Origin: Piedraia hortae CBS 480.64
Taxonomy: Eukaryota
Direction of reading: 5' to 3'
Assembly (NCBI GenBank): GCA_010093745.1
Contig: MU005968.1
Location: 1 to 64,000 of the forward strand
DNA: 64,000 nt
The notes beneath the pieces are model-generated. The model saw nothing but the letters and a program-made list of their open reading frames with translations, made no database searches and was not told the origin of the DNA. This document shows, one piece after another, positions 56,991-64,000 of the stretch (positions are counted from its first letter, which is position 1; every line of letters begins with the position of its first letter). Position numbers and translations under genes: made by a program.

Positions 56991-58505
56991 TCAAAATCCC
57001 AAAACCTCATTCGCCCTCCTCAGCACCTCCCTCTCTGCAGTCGTCAGCCCCTCCTGCTCATCCCACCTCTCCAACCCCATCGCCCTCAACCCATCGCGCG
57101 AAGCATCCCTCCTTACTTCCTCCAGCGTGAGTCTCCCAAGATGGCCCCTCTCCCCCTCACCACCCCCGTAATCCGGCCCGGGCGTGCCATCAAGAAACGT
57201 ACTCCTCTGCCTTTTCAAAAAAGCGGCATTCTCAACCGTAAGCGGACATGCAGGGATATACAGCACCGACGAGTCTGCCTTCCCCGCGTGGAGGGAATCA
57301 ACCGCATGAATTTGATCGCAATGCCAAGCGACGTAGTCGCCTGGCCGAACGAGCGGGATGTGGACCATCGACGTCCCACTTCGCGATTCCGGCGTTGGGA
57401 TCCGGAGGTTGAGGTGCGGGTGAAGCACTTCGCGAAGCTCCTGTCCACAGCCGGGTGTTGCGCCGTGAAGCCATGACGATGGCTTTGGCTCTAGCGTCCA
57501 GTTTTTAGGGTGGAGGAACTCGTCTTGGGGGAGAGACTCAGGGGACTGTTTAGGGGTGAAGAATGGACGAAGGAGGAAGTACGAGGTTGATTTTGCCAGG
57601 AGGGGGTTCACGAGGAGGGTTCCTTCAAAAGGGTTAACGGTTGAGAGGGAGAGCCAGCCTTGGTACATTCTAAGCATACTGCATTGGCCAACGCCATCGT
57701 AGAGGGAAGGTTGGGCGGGGATGCGACTACTTGATTCGAAAGGGTCGTAGAGTTCCCAGTTGCCTGAGAAGATGGGCGTGTACACCCCGCCCCGGCCGTA
57801 GCCATCTGCTTCCCATCGCTCGCAGGAGCCGTTGTCGACATGGGGACCAAGGGAGAAGCGCGCGTCGCCGGGTTGGCGGATGCGGAGGCGGTCGGCGTAG
57901 GTGGTTGGGTGGGAGGAGGAGATGAGCGCGTTGGGGTCTCGGGAGTGCCAGAATTGGAGAAGGAAGCGTTGCGTTTTGATCAGGTTGGGGTGGGCGCGCG
58001 CGCGGACTTGGGAGGGGCTCCAGTATAATTCATAGACCTGAGGGTCGTCGGGGGGGAAGGCTTTGGTTTGGGGGTTCGCGGAGATGTATTCCTTTACGTC
58101 GCGCTTGTAGTCGAGGGCTTGTTGTTCGGGAATAACATTGCGGATGACGGCTACGCCGCGCTTGCGGTGCTCGGAACAGAATTCGGGACTGGCGTTGTCG
58201 ATATCTTTGAAGTCAATGGTTGGGATGATATCTGATCCTCGCTCGGCGATTAGGGGAATTTCATCCCGGAGAGTAGTTAACAGACGAGTCCATGACTCAG
58301 CCAAGGCATCTTCGTGGCCTGCCATCAATTGGGCTTTTACTTGAGCATATCGAGGTTCCAGAGGGCTGAATTCGAGTCCGGAAAGTGAGGCAAAAGTGCC
58401 TGATATATTGGCCTCTTTCTTGGGGATTGCCACGGTTGCTGCTCCTCGGAAAGGCAACATGGCAGACCTGAGACGAGCATTCTTCAACGATCTAATTGCG
58501 AACAT
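56991..58505 (-). CDS. DUF1479/Gig2/YbiU-like Fe(II) oxygenase-fold protein with probable mitochondrial presequence
   Basis: KRGVAVIR.V, YELYWS.SQ..AR.HP, YADRLRIR.PGD, LGPHVD.GS.ERW, QGWLSLS, PGDYVAWHCD.IHAV. Arg-rich, acid-free N-terminus. Confidence 0.88.
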   Translation of the reverse strand: MFAIRSLKNARLRSAMLPFRGAATVAIPKKEANISGTFASLSGLEFSPLEPRYAQVKAQLMAGHEDALAESWTRLLTTLRDEIPLIAERGSDIIPTIDFKDIDNASPEFCSEHRKRGVAVIRNVIPEQQALDYKRDVKEYISANPQTKAFPPDDPQVYELYWSPSQVRARAHPNLIKTQRFLLQFWHSRDPNALISSSHPTTYADRLRIRQPGDARFSLGPHVDNGSCERWEADGYGRGGVYTPIFSGNWELYDPFESSSRIPAQPSLYDGVGQCSMLRMYQGWLSLSTVNPFEGTLLVNPLLAKSTSYFLLRPFFTPKQSPESLPQDEFLHPKNWTLEPKPSSWLHGATPGCGQELREVLHPHLNLRIPTPESRSGTSMVHIPLVRPGDYVAWHCDQIHAVDSLHAGKADSSVLYIPACPLTVENAAFLKRQRSTFLDGTPGPDYGGGEGERGHLGRLTLEEVRRDASRDGLRAMGLERWDEQEGLTTAEREVLRRANEVLGF

Positions 58506-58731
58506 ATCTGCTCTACTCCATGTGGGATCCCCACGCGATCTTATACTGGATGAGTTGGGAACTCTGCCTCGCCCCCGCTTGGAGTGGCCAATCAGGTTTC
58601 ACCTAACTGACAGCTGTTGCTCTTGGCAAACGTGGGTGGGAAATCCAGACTGTTCCAACTCCACGATGAAGCTTCAAGTGGCGAAGGCACGAGGGCTGGT
58701 AAGTGCACAAGATTTAACACTTTTCCAGACA

Positions 58732-60043
58732 TCAACGACCCCGATTGCATCTATCTCGGTAGTCTCTCCTCCTCCTCGGGCTGCGACTCCTACTGCGGTA
58801 CTTCTTTCTGTCTGGACTCCTTGACCTCTCTCTCCGTTCTCCCTTGTCAAAGACGTATCTGTATCCGTCAGTGTCACCTCGAGGATGACCGCTTCTATAT
58901 TGCCTCTTTGTTTCCAGGTTGTCAATCCCCCCAAAGCCACCTCTGCTCCTAGCCGTCTTGGACTTAGTGTTGTGTCTCCAATCAGCCGACAACTTGGACA
59001 CGCTCTGTGAGAAGTCGACGTGAATCCTGTGATCGTCAATGAGGACGTTTTGCATCTTGAGATAGGCCTTTTCGCAGTCTTCTTTCTTGGAGAACTCGAT
59101 GAAGGCGTACTGTAAGCTATCACCTGTGACGTGATCACGGATGACTTCACACGACAGGATTTTGCCGAACCGGGAGAAGATTGTTTCGAGGTCTTCGTCG
59201 CGCGTGATTGGGTTCAGCTTGCAAACAAAAAGAACCTGCTCCGGGGGCGTGATCTCGGCAAAGGGAAGATCGCCAATAACTTCAAGAGTCAGGGCTTGTG
59301 CTCGTGCTTCCCGTTCCTGCTTCAGCTCTTCGAGCTTTTCAGGGTCTTTGCTCTCCTCAAGGACTTCATCGTGGGCGATGCGGACGGTGGCGAGCTGCTC
59401 GGCCGATGGAACCGGACTAGAGGGTGGTTCCTTCAAGCCGGGCGGGTCATCAAAAGGGTCATCAAGGATGATGGTGTGTAACAGCCGAATGTCTTGCAAC
59501 GGACGGCCGGAGCGGTCTACAAAGGCATTGTTGATCTTCTCTAAAACGTCAAATCCCTCTGCAACTTCGCCGAATATGGCTGCTTTGCCGTCAAGCTGCT
59601 GCTCGAGGCCGTCTCCGAGGGTGATAACAAATTGACTGGCCGCTTCTCGATCATCCGGGTTAGTCTTTGAAGGAACAGTGGCCATGCTCATGGTTCCTCG
59701 TTGAGAATGTTTGCGCGCGGAAAATTCTGGCTTGAAGGTCCTCCTTTCCGGCTTTGATGCCTTCTTGGAGACGCCATCAGGAAGGCTCCAGATGGAAGAA
59801 CCTCCATCGCTATCCTTTGAGCCAGGACCTATGGGATCGCCTGTCTGAAAAGCAAACCCTGGCTGCACATTATAAACTGGCGAGTAGTTGTAGTACTTTA
59901 TCTTGCACAGTTTAAGGAAGCTATCGATCAGCACGAATCTAGAACACGCTCAGAACCACCTACTTTTCGCACGCGCTCGGTGCATCGCCAACAAACAAGT
60001 CTACGGTTATGTCACCGACAGACGTCTCCAGAAGCACGGACAT
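58732..60043 (-). CDS. PPIL4: Cyclophilin-RRM peptidyl-prolyl isomerase PPIL4/Cyp6 (Rct1-like); 2 exons
   Basis: Exon 1 [16 protein letters not shown]...CEN. Intron 59963-59921. [23 protein letters not shown]...[11 protein letters not shown]-rich tail. Confidence 0.95.
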
Positions 60044-60863
60044 TGCGTTTGCTGGAGAGGACGTGGGATGTTGCTGTACGTTCGTGCTACGGCTGACTCA
60101 CGTTGCAGCTGAAACCTGCAGGAAGGTGGAGATCGTTCGGCACTAATGCACAACGGCTTGAACGGCTGAGCGGGGTCAGGGCTAGAGTCAGATGCCAGCA
60201 TTTCGAATATCGGCAACTTCCGTCTGTCACGGAACCATTTCCGACCGCTTACTAATGAAAGCTATTGGACTGGGATATCATAACTTGCGCGTTTCGACAT
60301 CGAATAAGCGGTAACCAACGCCGAAGAAACAGGTCCCTCTGGGTGGGCGGAAACAATTCCGAAGAAGACGGAAAGTTCCGGTATTCGACCCGTGTCACCC
60401 GAGTCGATTTGGCATTGTCGAAGAGCTAATCCGTTCGCCGGGAAGGTGCGTGCGACGCAAACGACCCAAATGGCAGCTGCTGCACAAAACAAGGTAAACG
60501 ACAGGTTTCAGGCCTAATGTTGTCATCATAAGGGTGGGCCAAACAATCATTCTGTCTCCTTGCAGCGGCGTCCTTCAATCGTCTGGGCCGAACGTGTTGC
60601 TGAATCGAACTTCTGTTCGTAGCACAGCAAACGACACTTGGCCCGCGCTTCCAAAAGCATTGTTTGCTGCATTCGAGGCCTTTTTTGGCTCTCATTAACT
60701 CTTTTCTACATCTCTATATCATGCCAGCCGCTTCGGTGTCTCCATCTTGATTTCTGTTCTTCAAACTCTTTTTTCAACTTACCGTTGACAGTTCGTACCT
60801 GCTTTATGCATAGTGGCGGAGCATAGAGTTGTTGTATGCGTCTGCGGTCTTCCATATTATAAA

Positions 60864-61742
60864 ATGTCGCAACCGTTTGGTGGTCCCCTGGACTACCATC
60901 CACAGCAACCACGGCGGAGCATTCCACCAGCAGCTCCATACTACCATCACCAGCCTCCGTATAGCATATACGGACATACACCGCAATATGGGCATCAGAT
61001 GAGCGGCAGAATGCCCATGGATGAGAACGATACCACCAACGGTCACACTCGGCGGAGAATAGCCGTTGCGGTGAGGATATTGAAATTTTGCAAAGCTCGA
61101 CTGACCATCCAGTGTTCCCGATGTCGGCGGAGGAAGATCAAGTGCTCGGGAGACCCCGGTGATGGCACGGGCTGTCAGGCCTGCCGGGCTTCCGGGGCCG
61201 ATGTCGACAAGTGCAACTTTATCCGAGTGTGTCTCATCTGAGTGATCCGGAAAGGACGGCACTGATAATCACAGGTTGGCAGCCATCAAGTGGCCGTTGG
61301 AGAGGGCGTGGAGGCCTGTCCAAGCTCGGAAGGCGAGCATTCGACGACTAACCACTACACCTTCTCATCAGCAGTGCCCGGACCCGAGACCGGGGGATCG
61401 TATCGGCCGGGTATGGACGACTACCGCATGTGGGGTCAAGCTCCCCTGGTAAGGCAAGCCGGGACAAGCAACTGGAGCATGCATAGTGACACTGTCTCGC
61501 AGACCTCGCACCCCTATGTCCCTGCTAACCAGGGCATACTTGCTCCTCTTGGCACAGAGCCTCTGCTTCCATCCCTGCCATCTAGATCGGCACAGGATAG
61601 GCGTCTGCCGATCCCTACCACGCCGTACTCTAACAATTCGATCTACAGCACCGATAACCTTCCCGAACTTGCGCCGCTGGGCGTCTTTGGTGATGTTCGT
61701 GGTCGTGGGGTGGGGCGTCCCATCTGGCCGCAGGAGTATTAA
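60864..61742 (+). CDS. Short Zn(II)2Cys6 transcription factor; 3 exons
   Basis: RRRIAVA|CSRCRRRKIKC...CQAC.......C. Introns 61071-61112 and 61227-61274. Confidence 0.88.
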
Positions 61743-61784
61743 TGTATTAGAGGTAGAAGCAAAAGGCAGCCGAGTGTGTTATTC

Positions 61785-63029
61785 GATGTCGTGTAATTTA
61801 CTAAACAATGCTTTTGTTTTTGACAGCGTCCAGAGTTCCAAGTGCAGTGTCGAAGTGGGGACATTTAGCGTTGGGGAATCTGCCGAGTTCCGGGAAAGGA
61901 ACAAGATAAAGTGCGCCAAGACGATATGCACGTGTGATTGCTGGGTAGCATGACATGAAACCCCAAAGTTGCGCAATATCATACGTGAGGCCGACCCGCC
62001 TAAATCGCTAGGGCAATCTTTAAGAAAAGCTAGAGGATTTAACCACATTGGGAAGGTTGTTAGCCCATTTCGGTAAAGTACCGCGGAAGGGCCCGTACAC
62101 GCTATCTGATTGGCTGTCTGATGTTCCTCTCTCGCACCCTCTGGAGCAGGGTTGTTGAGAAAGTGAATAGGAATAAATAATGGGGCTTCCAAGCACAACC
62201 TCAGGCATCAAGGGCCGGCCCGATCCTGTAAATTACTGAAAATTGCTTGTTGAAAAAGTCTGTTTGGATTACATCAGCAATTCCGCGTAATTTCAGATCG
62301 GATCGATCTGTGATGCCTGAAGAAGATGCCTGAATGCCCCACTATTTATTCCTATTTACTTTCTTAACAGCCCTGCTCTGGAGACTCTCATGCAGGCTCT
62401 CCATTGGAGAGCCTGCATATTCCAACCCTCTCAACCTCAGGCTTAATTCTTCACGAACAGAAGGAAGTATACTTCGAATCCTAGATACCTACCGGGCGAA
62501 CAGGTAGTTGATCAATTGAACGAGCAACACAGCCTGTGGTACGCGCGGATGTGGGAGGAGAGCTAGATTGCCAGTCCCGAGCAAGCATAAACATCTGTAG
62601 CTTCTGCGGGCGCAATGTACGGGAGGCATTGGCACAGCTACGAACCGAAACGCAAGCCTTGCGTGAAGAATCGCTCTTGGAGCCCCTACATTGACCTCGA
62701 GGGCCAGAACAGGCCGACGATACCTGAGACGTCGGATTTTTGGTATCCCGGAGCCTATCTGCTTGCCTTGTGGGTGAATTTACGTGATTCAGGCTCGAAT
62801 TTAGGCACTGGCTACAGCAACTGACAAAAAGGTGAAGATGGTACGGGTCATTCCGTGACACCATTCCAGAATTAGTTAGCGACTTTTTAAATGCCGTTAG
62901 ATTCCAAAGCTTTTTCTAAAGATTACCCTAGAGATCTCGGGTTTGCAGAATCGGTCAATTCCTGCAGGGACGCAAGGGCTGGCAGACGGCTTAGGGTTAG
63001 GATCGCGACTCATTCGCATGAACAACATC
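61785..63029. ncRNA. Candidate large structured ncRNA; telomerase-RNA-like architecture if on the minus strand
   Basis: At least seven nested long helices. TTAGGGTTAGG at 62991-63001 (minus strand CCUAACCCUAA) is unpaired next to a short hairpin. Strand unresolved. Confidence 0.5.
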
Positions 63030-63040
63030 ACCTGGAGCCA

Positions 63041-63373
63041 ATGTCGTCCACGCCGCTCCACCAGCTTTGGGAGGCCTCAGCCAACCAGCCCTTCCAGCCT
63101 ACAGTTGGCAAATCTGCCCAGTTTTCTGTTGCCTTTACACTCCTCGCCCTAGGCTTTCTACTGACAAGTCTATTCGGCCTGAGTAAGAGCAGTCGTACCG
63201 TTACAAGACGACAGTGCTGACGGACAGACCTTTCGCTCAAAAACGTTCCCCTCTATGGAATCCCCGCTTCTCTCGCTATTGGGTAATGAAACTCTTATGG
63301 TATGTTAACAGGGCTGACAGACGTTAGATTTGGTGCAGTTTATATGATTTGCGCCGTGGGCGTGTACGTGTAG
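63041..63373 (+). CDS. OST5: Oligosaccharyltransferase subunit Ost5/TMEM258; 3 exons
   Basis: MSSTPLHQLWEAS..PFQPTV, two transmembrane segments, spliced C-terminus ASLAIGFGAVYMICAVGVYV*. Introns 63183-63227 and 63283-63327. Confidence 0.9.
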
Positions 63374-63384
63374 AAGACAATACA

Positions 63385-64000
63385 ATGGCCCTATTTTCCG
63401 CCGTGTTTCCATCTGCACGCCAGCTGCTCGTACTTCTCCGTTGCATCTCCTTTGCGAAGAATGTGCAGGTTCACATTTCTGCCCAGGGCCTGCGGTTCAG
63501 CAGTTCTGACGGGAGCGTGATGGAGGCGTCGATATTCATCGACAGTTCGTTATTTACAAGCTACAACTACCAGGCTGCTGCTTCATCGCAAGATCCGCCA
63601 GTGTTTGAGATAAATACATTATCGCTCATGGAGACGCTGAATATATTCAGTCTGTCTGATCCGAGTGCGACGAAGCGGGCGACTTACGACATAATGTCTG
63701 CCCAGCGAATGAGTCGCCAGGTCAATGCATTTTCTACGCAATCTGCGGGCGTCATAGGCGTGTGCACATTCAGCTACGACGGTGAAGGGCGGCCGCTGCG
63801 GCTTCAGATGGCTGAGACGGGCGTCAGCACCACGTGCGATCTGACGACGTATGAAGCTGCTACTACAGAGGAGATTCCTTTTGACCGCAACGCTTTGGCC
63901 CTTAAGACGATTATGCGAGCGTCGGATTTATTGGAGGCTGTGAATGAACTGACGTCAATGAATCCCCCAAGCGTAACCATCGTTGGCTCGCCTTTTTCGA
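63385..64000 (+). CDS. rad1: 9-1-1 checkpoint clamp subunit Rad1/Rec1/Rad17 (partial; runs off the window)
   Basis: MALFSAVFPSARQLLVLLRCISF...ISAQGLRF....VMEASIFIDSSLFTSYNY...FEINTLSLMETLNIF...ETGVSTTCDLTTYE. Confidence 0.88.
   Translation, partial: MALFSAVFPSARQLLVLLRCISFAKNVQVHISAQGLRFSSSDGSVMEASIFIDSSLFTSYNYQAAASSQDPPVFEINTLSLMETLNIFSLSDPSATKRATYDIMSAQRMSRQVNAFSTQSAGVIGVCTFSYDGEGRPLRLQMAETGVSTTCDLTTYEAATTEEIPFDRNALALKTIMRASDLLEAVNELTSMNPPSVTIVGSPFS

Noticed and set aside
62009..62930. hAT/MITE with TAGGG...CCCTA ends
   Set aside because: No 8-bp TSD (TAAATCGC vs GAGATCTC), and pairing continues outside and inside as a multibranch structure. Kept only as an alternative.
1..64000. tRNA, rRNA, spliceosomal snRNA or CRISPR arrays
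   Set aside because: No cloverleaf, rRNA, U1/U2/U4/U5/U6 signature or repeat-spacer array seen on reading.

Overview
Eukaryotic DNA from a filamentous ascomycete (Pezizomycotina; compact genome, GT-AG introns mostly 42-59 nt with CTRAY-type branch sites). Gene-dense core blocks alternate with decayed accessory islands. Core blocks: 7.2-27 kb (CDC20, Ral2-like, HPM1, quinone oxidoreductase, DSK2, degenerate LOV protein, L-arabinitol dehydrogenase, Pmp3-like, Ysc84-domain, NAS2, large-subunit catalase), 38.7-44.9 kb (HIS4, NUP85) and 57-64 kb (DUF1479, PPIL4, Zn2Cys6 factor, OST5, RAD1). Islands: 0-7 kb, 27-38 kb and 45-56 kb. They hold an intact NACHT-WD40 NLR plus NLR relics, solo LTRs (two with exact 5-bp target-site duplications), a LINE RNase H relic, two paralogous F-box genes, a USP deubiquitinase pseudogene and three copies of an orphan ~104-aa gene. 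Main leads: (1) a ~1.25-kb highly self-complementary intergenic region (61.8-63.0 kb) with a telomerase-RNA-like layout and an 11-nt telomere template on the minus strand; (2) a recurring module of orphan, possibly ubiquitin-like gene + F-box + NLR relic (+ USP); (3) OST5 and RAD1 only 11 nt apart; (4) a 250-nt multi-hairpin ncRNA candidate at 21.65-21.9 kb; (5) an RGS-less LOV photoreceptor homolog. All family assignments and base pairings were made by eye; no searches or folding were run.
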